NCBI RefSeq assembly: GCF_006345805.1
Contig: NC_043004.1
Coordinates: forward strand, 61,876,001 to 61,940,000
Source of the DNA: Octopus sinensis
Taxonomy: Eukaryota
Direction of reading: 5' to 3'
DNA: 64,000 nucleotides
Shown: positions 13,361 to 25,181 of the stretch, one piece after another
Numbering within the stretch: the first letter of the stretch is position 1
Layout of the letters: every line of letters starts with the position of its first letter
Program-made: the position numbers and the translations under genes
The notes under the pieces: model-generated
The model's input: only the letters and a program-made list of their open reading frames with translations
Databases searched by the model: none
Told to the model about the DNA's origin: nothing

Positions 13361-13488
13361 ATATTTTTTAAGTGTCTTGCTTTGAAAGATTGCATTCGGT
13401 GGGATTAGTAAAATCTTTGGTAGAAATGACTTTTTGTCCCTCTTAGCGTGTGGCATCTATGTATAATAATGCCCTTATATATAAATAA

Positions 13489-13561
<73 letters not shown>

Positions 13562-13562
<1 letters not shown>

Positions 13563-13581
13563 GGATTCAGCTGCTAGTATA

Positions 13582-13640
<59 letters not shown>

Positions 13641-13655
13641 TAGCAGCTGAATCCA
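13562..13655. repeat. Palindrome: 16-bp unique arms plus a TA core
   Basis: TGGATTCAGCTGCTAG (13562-13577) and CTAGCAGCTGAATCCA (13640-13655) are exact reverse complements around (TA)n. Confidence 0.9.
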
Positions 13656-14247
13656 GTCGATTTGGATGAAGTGACTGTAAAGAAAACTCTGTGTAAGCAT
13701 TCGACTCGTATGGAGAAGCATGCTTACTTTAAAAGACGTATTTTAGAATGACTTTTTCTGTCAAAACGCTAAAAATATCTGACCAACACAAAAACCCACC
13801 AAGATTCAACCAAATCAAAAAAATAGACCCAAATACTAAGCGAACAAAGTTGTACCATCGCACTTCAATTGCACGCGCACACGCACGCACACACATTCAC
13901 ATACGCCTCTTTACATACTCACACATACATTCGCACACACTTGAAAGGCTGCTTGATTTATTTTTCAGCGTACAGATTTCTTCATCCCACATCCAAGTAC
14001 GACATCATATATCACCCCTTTCTTTCTCATCCATAAACACACGGGTATTATTATAGTAGATTATCTCGGTAACCGTGGGAGCTATGAAAAGATAGCACGC
14101 CCAGCAACACCACCAGATCATTCTACACATATGTATAATTCTTCGCGCAATTCTACCAAGCCGTTGAACCGTGAACTCGAAGACAAAAAAGAATTGCCCG
14201 TGTCAATTTTTTTACGTATACATATATATATATATATATATATATAT

Positions 14248-14536
<289 letters not shown>

Positions 14537-14877
14537 ATATATACATATATACGTTATATATAGGTATGTGTGTATGTATGTGTACATATATACCTCTAAG
14601 TTTTGTCATGTTAATATATATAATGTTTAATTTGTTGAACATTATATACATGTTAATGTATATAATAATGTTCAGTTTGATAAATTAATATTTTAGTAGA
14701 TTAATTCGAAATTTTGAATCGTTTCAGAGCTATTTTTCGTAGTTACTCTAAAATACATCATTATATTAGTAATTTAATATTAAGTACATATTGGATGTCT
14801 TAAGTACAAATAGGATGTCTTCATTTATTAAATAAGTATATTATAAATATATTCATGGAATTTATTAATTTATTGAT

Positions 14878-14897
14878 ACTACAACTACTACTACTAT

Positions 14898-14965
<68 letters not shown>

Positions 14966-14967
14966 AT

Positions 14968-15018
<51 letters not shown>
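14878..15018. repeat. (CTA)n-(AAT)n microsatellite forming the 5' flank of the LINE
   Basis: Read directly from the sequence. Confidence 0.95.
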
Positions 15019-15019
<1 letters not shown>

Positions 15020-17092
15020 GAAAAGCAGAAAGGATGCCGCAAAGGCTCATATGGCTGTAAAGATCAACTAATGATTAATAAAGCCATAACTGAAGAGAGC
15101 CATAGAAAGAAGAAAGGCCTCAGTATGGCCTGGATTGACTACAAAAATGCGTTTGATAGCATCCCCCACACATGGATCCTCGAAACACTAGCCATTAACA
15201 AAGTAGCACCAACAATCATAAAATTCATAGAGCACTCTATGAATAAATGGCAAACAGTCCTACACCTCCAAACAAAAGAGGGACTCATGAAAACCAAAGA
15301 CATCCCCATTAGAAGAGGAATATTCCCTGGAGACACGCTCTCTCCACTCATTTTCTTCTTGGCACTGTCACCTCTATCTGATATGCTAAATAGAACTGGA
15401 TGCGGATATAAATGTTACGGCAAAACGATCAGCCACCTTTTATATATGGATGACCTAAAACTATACGCTGCAAATGACAAACAGCTGGAAACACTATTAA
15501 AGACAATTCATGGATTTACCAAAGAAATAGATATAAAATTTGGATTACAAAAATGCGCCAAAGTGACCATGAAAAGAGGAAAACTAGTTAAGAGTAACAA
15601 CATCACACTAGATAAAATCAATGAAATAAAAGAATTAGACCAAAGCCAAACTTACAAATACTTAGGAATCCATGAACTAGATAAGACACAACACACACAA
15701 ATGAAAGAGAAAATAAAAAAGAAAATTATAGACGAGTTAGATCAATACTAAACACAGAGCTCAATGCTAAAAACAAGATAATAGGTATCAACACTTTAGC
15801 TGCCCCAGTTATAAGTTACAGCTACAATATCCTTAACTGGATACGAAATGAACTGACCAAAATAGATAGGAAAACAAGAAAAATAATGACAGGATCTAGG
15901 ATGCATCACCTAAAATCTGACTTAGAAAGACTATATATACAACGTATAGAAGGTGGTAGAGGCCTTATACAGCTGGAAAACTACTATAAAATAACCACCA
16001 TAGGACTGCAAAAATATCTACTTCAGAAGGAAGGAAAACTGATCCAGATAGCGGCAAAACACGAGCAAAACAAAAAACTGTTCTCAGTATTTAAGGAAGC
16101 TGACAAATACAAACAAGAAATCATACCACCTAATAAACACGAAGAAGAAGAAGAAGATGAAGAAACAACAAAAGCTATAAAACAAATGAAATCCAAACTA
16201 AAAATAGAACAGCAACGAACCATGATAAAACCATGGCAAGAAAAGCCCCTTCATGGTAAATACTGGACTAAACTAAACGCAAAAGAAATAGACAAAGAAA
16301 AATCCCAGCAATGGTTGAGAAGCTCAGGACTCAAAGCAGAAACAGAGGGATTTTTAATTGCAGCCCAAGACCAAAGCCTCCCCACCAGAAATTACCAAAA
16401 ACATGTAATGAAAAGAAATATTACAAGTAACTGCAGAATATGTGGAGATGGACAAGAAACAATAAATCATATTATCTCTAGCTGCCCAGTCCTGGCTAAG
16501 AAGGAATATATTCACAGACATGACAGAGTTGGATCCTACATACATTGGAAGCTATGTCAACATTATGGAATAACAACAGAAAATAGATGGTATAGGCACA
16601 CACCAGAAAAGGTCACAGAAAACGAGAAAGCAACCATACTCTGGGATATGCCGATACACACAGATAGAGAAATTAAGGCCAACAGATCAGATATAGTTGT
16701 CAGAGATCATGAAGAAAAAAATGCTTTCTAATTGATGTATCAATACCGGCTGATGACAACGTGTCTCTAAAAGAAATGGAGAAACTCTCAGAATACAAAG
16801 ACCTGGAAATAGAGGTAACTAGAATGTGGAATCTGAAAACAGAAACAATTCCTATCATAGTAGGTGCATTAGGCATGATAAAAATATTCAGACAAATACA
16901 TAACAAAAACACCAGGACTTACAAACACATATAACATACAGAAAATTGCACTACTAGGCACTGCACACATCCTACGCAGAACACTTTCCATACAATAACC
17001 ATTAGAGCATCACAACAAATCACAGGACATACCCAAGGCACACAGAGCTGCGCTCGGTAGTGAAGTGAAAGCACGCTATAAAAATAAAACTA

Positions 17093-17095
<3 letters not shown>
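15019..17095 (+). mobile_element. 5'-truncated R4/Dong-clade non-LTR retrotransposon (RT, CCHC knuckle, restriction-like endonuclease), three frameshifts
   Basis: QKGCRKGSYGCKDQL, AWIDYKNAFDS, GIFPGDTLSPL, LLYMDDLKLYA; CRICG..ETINHIISSC; ANRSDIVV..FLIDVSIP..KEMEKLSKYKDL. Stop at 16996-16998, short 3' UTR and (AAT)n tail. Confidence 0.92.
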
Positions 17096-17179
<84 letters not shown>

Positions 17180-17196
17180 TAATAATAATGATAATA
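17096..17196. repeat. (AAT)n tail or target tract of the LINE
   Basis: Read directly from the sequence. Confidence 0.9.
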
Positions 17197-17566
17197 AAAG
17201 AATAGTTTTTTTTTGATTTACTAAATAAATTTGATAAACACCAATAATTAATATAGTAATAGTGTATAGTTTATGACTTGTATTCTCAGGAGAACAATAT
17301 TTTGTTACTTCTGAAAGAATCAATGAAATTTGGCTATATACTATTTATAGTCCTTTATAAAAAAAATTAATATTGATTATATTTATCGAGGATCGGTACT
17401 CAATCGTTGTTTTTTTATTATCATTTAATTTTTATTTACTAAGTTCTCCCTTTGAAGTAAGTATTTTCCTTTATTTATTACTTTATATATATATATATAT
17501 ACATGTTTGTATGTATTCATGTATATATGTGTATAGGCGTATATCTTTACGCACACACATATATAG

Positions 17567-17630
<64 letters not shown>

Positions 17631-17639
17631 TATAATAAA

Positions 17640-17968
17640 TATTAGGGAATGAATCCAAAATTACAGGGAAAAATCAGATTTAGGGTTAAATCCAATTTAT
17701 AGTAAAATATTATATAATATAATTCGAGACAAAACCACTATTTTAAAACCAAACAAGGAAAGACTTAATCAATACATAAAATTTTAATACAAATTAAATC
17801 AGTATCAAATTTTGATACTGATTAGAAGATCGAAAATCCACCTGAAGATTGTCGGAGCAGACATGAAACATTTGTAGTGGCGGTTTATTTAATTTATATT
17901 AAAATGTTATGTATTGATTAAGTCTTTCCTTGTTTGGTTTTAAAATAGTGGTTTTGTCTCGAATTATA
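17640..17968 (+). mobile_element. (TA)n-flanked non-coding unit with an 82-bp inverted repeat enclosing a hammerhead
   Basis: 17718-17799 versus 17887-17968 are reverse complements with 2 mismatches. Inner 13-bp hairpin at 17797-17823. Confidence 0.8.
17838..17880 (+). ncRNA. Minimal type I hammerhead ribozyme, predicted cleavage after 17876 (GUA)
   Basis: CCAC / CTGAAGA / T-TGTC-GGAGCA-GACA-T / GAAA / CA-TT-TGTA / GTGG. The first position of helix II is U.U (non-canonical). Confidence 0.65.
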
Positions 17969-18021
<53 letters not shown>

Positions 18022-18141
18022 TTACATGGAAATGGATGCCTGGCGTTCGATCATATAATGTAAATAATATATAAATGTATGCATATATACAAACATATAT
18101 TTACATATATTTATATACATATATACTCACACACACACACG

Positions 18142-18196
<55 letters not shown>

Positions 18197-18754
18197 CTAT
18201 ATATGTGTATTTGTGTGTATGAATTCCAAATTGATTGTGTCATTAACGTGATCATGATAATATATAACGTGGTATCAACTGCAATATATTTTTGTCGCTG
18301 ATGACATGAGTTAATTGTTTGCAAGTTTGCATGGACATGTACCAGGATAGGAAGTACATGAACGGGAAGGTATAATTCTTTGAGAGACAAAACAAAACAG
18401 TGTACAACTATTTTTGGCCAAGGGCTTGCCATCAAGATTTATCTTTATAGACACACATAATAAGTTGTTAAATATCGAATAAATTATGAGAAACATTGAA
18501 ATCTAAAAGAAATTGTTTGGTTTCATTTCATCAGTTTCACCAGTTTCACATCTTACTACGCATTTACGGACGTATTAAGTAAAATACTTTCCTCTCATCA
18601 TTTCTCGGCCTTTCTTCTTTCTTGCTTTATTTAGATGCATGTGTCGAGAAGTAATTTGTCGAATATGTGTAACTGAATCTGCTAGATTCTGCTCAGGCAT
18701 CATTGCCAGTTCTGATTTATGTTTTATATGTAAAAGCTATTTCATCTTTTCGTT

Positions 18755-18895
18755 CTATGTTCAAATTTGGCCGAAGTTGACTTTGCCTTTCAGGTTCAAT
18801 TAATTAAATACCAGTTGCGTACTGGAGTCGATCTAATCGAATGGCACCTTCCTTAAAAATTTCGTGCCTTGTGCCTAGATTAGAAAAGAATATTT
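18755..18895 (+). mobile_element. SINE 3' fragment (same family as 37011-37374)
   Basis: TTCAAATTTGGCCGAAGTTGACTTTGCC..TACCAGTTGCGTACTGGAGTCGATCTAATCGA..GCCTTGTGCCTAGA.TAGAAAAGAAT. Confidence 0.75.
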
Positions 18896-19421
18896 TATAT
18901 ATAAAAGCACAAGTGTACTAAACACACACTGGTTTTAAGTGGTTACAGATAGAAATGCTTATATATTCAAATAAAACAAACTGTTTTCTATGACAGTTTC
19001 ATTTAATTATCGTGAGAAAAGACGTCAGACTTAGTTTACTAAATTCGGTATCATTACTTTTTCTCTTCGATAATATTCACATAGTTCATTCGCTTACAAT
19101 TTGTCATCGATCCAATGAAAGTATAAATGAATTAACAAATTAACTAATCAATTTAATCTATTTAGTTTCCATATGATTTCCCAAATAACTACGTGAATGC
19201 TTCATGGTTATTTTTAAAAATCGATTTATTATTAAATTGTAACAATGATTTATTCTCAAAATATAACAGTTTTATTACCATAATGCAATTTTTCCAGGTT
19301 TTGGTGTAGTAGAAGTAAGAGATTGAACCTCGGTATATCTTCGTAATACGGCAGACAGGGAGATTATGCGTTTTCAACACTGAAGAGACAAACCAGAAAC
19401 ATTCCGATCTTGTATCCTAGC

Positions 19422-19528
<107 letters not shown>

Positions 19529-19679
19529 CAAAATGAGAAAATGGAGAAATATATCTAAATCAATCATCAACTATCAGATAATACCCAATCAATACTTTAT
19601 TAAACCACTACATAATAGCAATGATATTATACATTAATATAGTACAAATATAACAAGACATAGAAATGCATTTACATTG

Positions 19680-19794
19680 TAGCTGACAGCTGTTTCGGCC
19701 GTGAAGACAGGTATGTCTCATTTAACCTATTAGCCATATAAAGCAGGTATAAATGAGACATTAACAAGAACATCTCACGGCCTCGTCAGAGATT
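19680..19794 (-). ncRNA. Type I hammerhead with extended helix II, predicted cleavage between 19685 and 19684 (GUC)
   Basis: Minus strand: CTGACGA / GGCCGTGA...ATGTCTCATTTA...TAAATGAGACAT...TCACGGCC / GAAA / palindromic ACAGCTGT / C. Helix I is weak (AATCT/AGCTA). Confidence 0.7.
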
Positions 19795-20087
19795 TTAATG
19801 CAAGTATGAGTACAAATCCTAAATATTTTACATATAAATATAAATATGTGTGCATACACACTCATATTCTTACATATATATATATATATACACAATAATA
19901 CAATATAAACAATATAGATCAATATACATCAACAAACACAACAATGTTCCATATTGAACTCCACAGCTCCTCAACCAACATCAAAAAACCACAACAGACA
20001 CACTCACACTCAAAGCAGGCATATATATTAAACAGTCCAATATATTAAAATGTGTCATTTCACAAAAAGTCAATAAAGCTAATATCT

Positions 20088-20486
20088 CCACGACGGTACC
20101 ATCCAATGCAAGCGGACATCCGCATATATACGCAATCAGTCGAATTCCTCTGCCCGCATGGTATTAATTTACACAGATGGATTCGATTGGCCTATACTTT
20201 TAAATTTGAATTACAATAGAAATTTTACAGTTAGTTAGCTAGGAAACATACACACGCGCACGCACATCCACAAAGCGTGCGCACATACATACCTAGTTAT
20301 ATGTATACACACACACACACATACACACAGACATACCCACATACACAACCAAATCATAAATAAATAAATAAATAAATAACATAAGAGGTACTATACCAAC
20401 TATACACATGCAAACAGAGGAACTCAACCGATTGCACATACATGCATGCAGACATCCACCCACCCCGGATGGCACCATGGCGGTGG
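20088..20486. repeat. Diverged inverted repeat (~65-bp arms at 20088-20152 and 20415-20486)
   Basis: GGTACCATCC..GCAATCAGTCGAATTCCTCTG versus the reverse complement GGTGCCATCC..GCAATCGGTTGAGTTCCTCTG. Confidence 0.65.
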
Positions 20487-21369
20487 TATTAACTAAGTAT
20501 TTACAAACAGATCCACTCACATATGTCCATAAATCCGTAAATGCAATCATACATATAATTATATCCAGATGGGAGTGTAATTTGTCATAAGGTACATAAT
20601 TCATGTGACACTGTATTTGTCGTAAACAAAATATTTTAGAACTAAAAATGTCCGCATCTTTACCGCTATGTTTCATTCAAACAATTTACTAAATTATAAA
20701 GTATAGAATACCCGTTGATGTCTGTCTATCAAAAGACATAAATATATATATATAATAATTTAACAGAGGTTTATTATAATTAAATTATAAGAAATTAATT
20801 GTAAAAAGTCAAAATACGCTAATATTCTAAGATATATAATCAAAATAACTCCTTATAACTTATACAGATAACATCACTACGTAAGAAGTCTAGTATTATT
20901 ACAATACTATTATATTCCTATTTAAACCCTCACCAACGAACTAATAGAATTATACTCACATCTACATATCCATATGTATACTCATGTGTAACAACAAACA
21001 TATACATACACACCATATATTTTCACATATGATGTGCCTGTAAACATTCGTAGTACTTATATATATATAAATATTTTTAAATATCAGTGGACACATAAAT
21101 ACATATATAATAATTAACAGGATTTAGCATTAAATAATATCAGTGGACGTATAAATACATATATAGTAATTAACAGGACTTACCAATAAATAGTATATAA
21201 GTAAATAATTGTAAATTAAATTAACTATAAGTTAATAATTGTAATTACTTAAAATTAAAATGTAATAAAATAAAATAAGATGAAATAATTAAAATTAAAA
21301 TGAAAATATAAGTAAAAGCTAGTATACATATATATATATATTTTAATAAATAATGGATATGTATGTATA

Positions 21370-21800
21370 TATCTACATATAAATAAATAAATGAATAAAT
21401 AAATAGATAAATACCATAGAATACAAATTAAGATAAATATAAAGGTAAACTTAATATACAATACTGCTAATATGTATATATCCACATATACATAAATGAA
21501 TAGATAAATAGATAATTAACATAAAATAAAATAAAAAATATACATTAAACTGAGTACATAGATAAACTTAGTATACAGGCTGCTAATATGTAAATAATTA
21601 CAAAGAAATAAATGAATAAATAAATAGATAAATAACATAAAGTACAAATCAAGATGAGTACAAATATAGACTAAATATATAAGACTGCTAATATGTATAA
21701 AGCCAAATATAAGTAAATGAATAGATTTATTAATAAATAACATAAGATACAAATTAAGATGAGTACAAAGATACACTAAATATACAATAAATAAGACAAC
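21370..21800. repeat. Degenerate tandem repeat, ~4 units of ~105-116 bp
   Basis: Anchor CTGCTAATATGTA at 21464, 21580 and 21685, with recurring TACAAAT.AAGATGAGTACA. Confidence 0.7.
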
Positions 21801-22169
21801 CAAATAAATACCAGCAAAAACCCATATACCCATCCGAAACAATGTACATTCAATATAGACTCAAATTTATTACATATTAGTATTACAGTATCTAAAACCA
21901 GCTTCCCAAACTATGATACTCATACACACTCAACAATTTTGGAAATCCCCATGAATATTATAGTGCTGTGTATATACCAAAATATATATATTCATATCCC
22001 AGTGTATTCCCCTTATAAGCCAGGACAAAAAACAATCAATACAGAACATATGTATTTATATATATGTGTAGCTACAAGATTATAAATTTATAAGTTGTAT
22101 GTTTCAAATTGTAAAGACCACTAGTACAATCAGATGTAGAGGTAAGTTAAAATATTACGAGTAGAAAAG

Positions 22170-24895
22170 CTAAGTTCTATTGAAATCTAGAGAAAGTGTA
22201 CGGTAGTTTATGAATGCAAAAAAATTCCGTTCATTAATATTATTAATAATAGGCATACCAGCTTTGATGATGAAAAAAATTTCATTAATCCATAGAGAGC
22301 ATTTTTTATTTTTACTATTATATACAGGTGCAGAAGTTAGTATTTTCCAATTTAATTTAAAACCTATGTTCTTACTTTTGAGTTCCCAAATATACGCACT
22401 TAACCCCGTAGAGTACATCCTATTTTTATTTCTAAAAGTATATCTGTGATTATTAAGTCTCTGTTTCATGCTATTCATAGTTGCTCCGATGTATACCCTA
22501 CTGCTACATTGTGTATCCACAGTGCACTGATAAACTACCTCTTCTTGAGGCATTGATTACCAAACACACATTGATTCCTGTTTCTACAATTACAGTTATC
22601 AACAGGTTGGGGTAATCTAACATTGGCCAAAATTTCTGTAACTATATTCCCATTAATAGTGTTACAATTATTTTTAGTATCCAATCCCAAATTCAACGAG
22701 TGATTGAATTTATTATTATTGGCGATATTCCTATCAATAGTAATAGTATTGGTGGTAGTGGTATCTTCTAATACATTAATATTTTCCTTACATGTACGGT
22801 ACTATCATAATTTGCAAGAGGGTTGTTCACGTTAGCTACAAAAGATATATTGTCCCTACGATTATAGAGAGGCAAATTACTATTATCTAAATTCAACTTT
22901 CTATCATTATAGAAGCAATCCAGTTTCCTGTTATTAAATGAGGAGATGATTGTGGCTAAATTATGTGTAATGCTATATCCTATTCTAACAGTTCCATTGT
23001 TAATTAAATGACCAAATTTATTCTTACCCTTACCAAAGTGCCTAAATATTACATTGTGCAAAGCTCTAACTATGTCTGTTTTTTATCTGCAATGCATGTG
23101 GGATTATCAGCCATAGTGTATCCTTATCAGTATTAGGGTTGCCTATCAAATTGTAATTTTTAGTAAAAACCTTGTTCCTCCTCCATCCCATTTGTTTACT
23201 ATCCTTAACATTGTCATTGTTATGCTTATCATTATCAATATTACCATAATCAGTGCGTAAATAAACTTTACTATTATCATACATACCATTAGTTTTGATA
23301 TGCGTATTATTAATATTACTACCATCACTTATGTGCGCTAATTTATTTAAACTAACGTCAACAGGCCCGAGATTAACAACACCTCTATAATTATCATATG
23401 CGTTTTTATATATCCTATTTTCCCTTATCCTGCAGTTATTATTGTTTGTCCTAAATTTATTGGTTTGTTCATAATAGTTCCACCTGTATTTGAAGGATTA
23501 TTCTCGGGTATATAGCATATTTTACTTTTGTAGCCTACTTTCAGCAATGCTGTATTATATCTATCACAATGCTTATTAAAAATGTCTCCGTTTGAGGATA
23601 GATAAGAGATTCTCTGACTAATGCTACGCACTAGTAACCTTTTAATTTGAGGGGGAGGGGTTATTGCTAGAACGGTTTATATATACTAAGTTAGAATTGG
23701 GTTTAATATAAGGTCCATGTATCCCATTAGTAAGGTTGCAATTGACATCCAAATAATTGGCAGAATAATTTTCATTTTCAATAATTATGGATATGCCAAA
23801 ACTTTTTTAAAATTTATGTAGTCTTTTTTTCAGTAGATCCAGTCTCCTATTTGATGTATTATTTACCAAAAATACAACGTCATCCCTATATAGTCCTCCT
23901 TTTAGTTCAAGGAATTCCCTACTAAGGTTATCAGTCACTTCCGCTGAATCCGGCGATCCCATGGTGATGTCGAATAAATTGGGTGTGTCTTTTCTAGTGT
24001 GTCTTTTCTAGTTTGTTATCAAACTCTATTAATGTTTTTCTAGCTGTTATGATAACTCTAATCTCCCCCATACTTAATTTGGTGTGTCTCCTAGCAAAAA
24101 TTAAAGCCTTATTTAATATAATAGGGTTTATGGAGGAGTAGTAATTTTGTATATCCAATTGGATGAATTTACTTCTATTATTATCACTGACCTTAATGGC
24201 AGAAAACCAATCTAGTGCACCTTGAGTATTCTTCCAAAGGCAAAGTTTAATTTTGTTACGTATAGTTGGTAAATATTTGTCAAGAATAAATTTACTCAGT
24301 TTACCTCAGTCAGATTTGGTAGGGCAAATCAATCTGTCCTGCGTGTTACCAAGAAAGTTTTCCTTATGGTCCTTGAGTGTGATTCTCGGTCTAGTGGGGG
24401 TATAAGGTTCAGTTTTTTCTTTCAGGTAATATTCCAACATTATTTCTCTAATCTCAAGGTTTAGTTTCCTAAGTGTGTTAAAAGGTACAATTTTATATCT
24501 TTTAGTAATTTCTTTGTGTAGTAATTCATGGTATGTAGGGGTGGCAATATCATAAATGTTACTGGTTTTGTCAGAACGGGTTAGAATGCCGTTCTTACCC
24601 TTAAGAGTTCTTATTAGTTCCTTTAACTTTCTTTGGTGCGGGTTATACCTCAATGGGTGATTTTTAAATTTGATGTTTTTGATAGTCTCCCATAATTCCT
24701 GTTCAAAGTTATCGATATGTTTATTTGGTGGAGAAGATTTCCTAGATTTAAATGTGGTGCCTGTTAGTTTGATTATTTCCTCATAGGTACTTCCTGTTCT
24801 ATTATGGTTAGTTTCTCCAGTACGTTCTTGGTTCATTTTGTTATTACTATTTTCATGGTAGAAAATCATCCATCTTATCCTGTGGATGAACTCGT
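22170..24895 (-). pseudogene. Penelope RT plus GIY-YIG endonuclease ORF, disrupted by stops and frameshifts
   Basis: FIHRIRW, SDKTSNIY, TLKDHKENF..RLICPTKSD, FIQLDIQNYY, FDITMGSPDSAE, GLYRDD (23890-23879), YLDVN, RSISQRISYLSS, VRIGYS; VVYQCTV..RVYIGAT..KQRLNNHRYTF..GLSAYIWELK. Confidence 0.92.
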
Positions 24896-25068
24896 ATATA
24901 CATATACATGCATACATATATATATATATACATATATATTCAACAACAATTGAGGAACGGCCTCAAATAGGTCATTCGACCCACTAGGAAGAGCAGCCAG
25001 GACTCAAACCGCCAAGTAATAGTAATTCAGAAACTAATGGAAAATTAAAAAAAAACAATTATCCAATT

Positions 25069-25181
25069 CATCTTTAGACAATGCATTGTTTCGATGTTTT
25101 TAATGGCATACCAGCCTAATTAAATTAAATTAAACTTAATTAAGTCGATCTACCAAAGGCCACATCTCATCGGTAAAGAAG
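25069..25181 (-). ncRNA. Type I hammerhead-like fold with a U4C core variant, in a ~490-bp (TA)n-flanked unit (24945-25432)
   Basis: Helix I TCTTTA/TAAAGA; core CCGATGA; helix II GATGT...ACATC around a long AT-rich insert; GAAA; 12-bp palindrome ACAATGCATTGT; GUC cleavage site between 25077 and 25076. Confidence 0.65.

Larger units (their letters stand above)
12798..13486 (+). mobile_element. Retrozyme-like element: two ~235-bp direct repeats (12798-13030, 13248-13486), each with a hammerhead ribozyme, around a ~217-bp unique spacer and flanked by (TA)n
   Basis: The repeats are highly similar with a few small indels, and the ribozyme portions are identical. No ORF. Confidence 0.8.
19530..24895 (-). 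mobile_element. Penelope-like element (decayed, 5'-truncated) with a long AT-rich 3' region ending in a hammerhead-bearing segment
   Basis: RT and GIY-YIG coding remnants at 22170-24895. AT-rich sequence continues to a hammerhead at 19680-19794 and a (TA)n boundary near 19530. Continuity of the 3' region with the ORF is inferred. Confidence 0.65.

Noticed and set aside
19376-19413. CTGAAGA-GACAAACCA-GAAAC next to a TA tract
   Set aside because: Helix II and the cleavage triplet are broken. It may be a fossil hammerhead but cannot be supported.
21370-21800. Regularly spaced repeats as a CRISPR-like array
   Set aside because: Whole units are homologous (a tandem repeat with no unique spacers), the context is eukaryotic and there are no cas genes.
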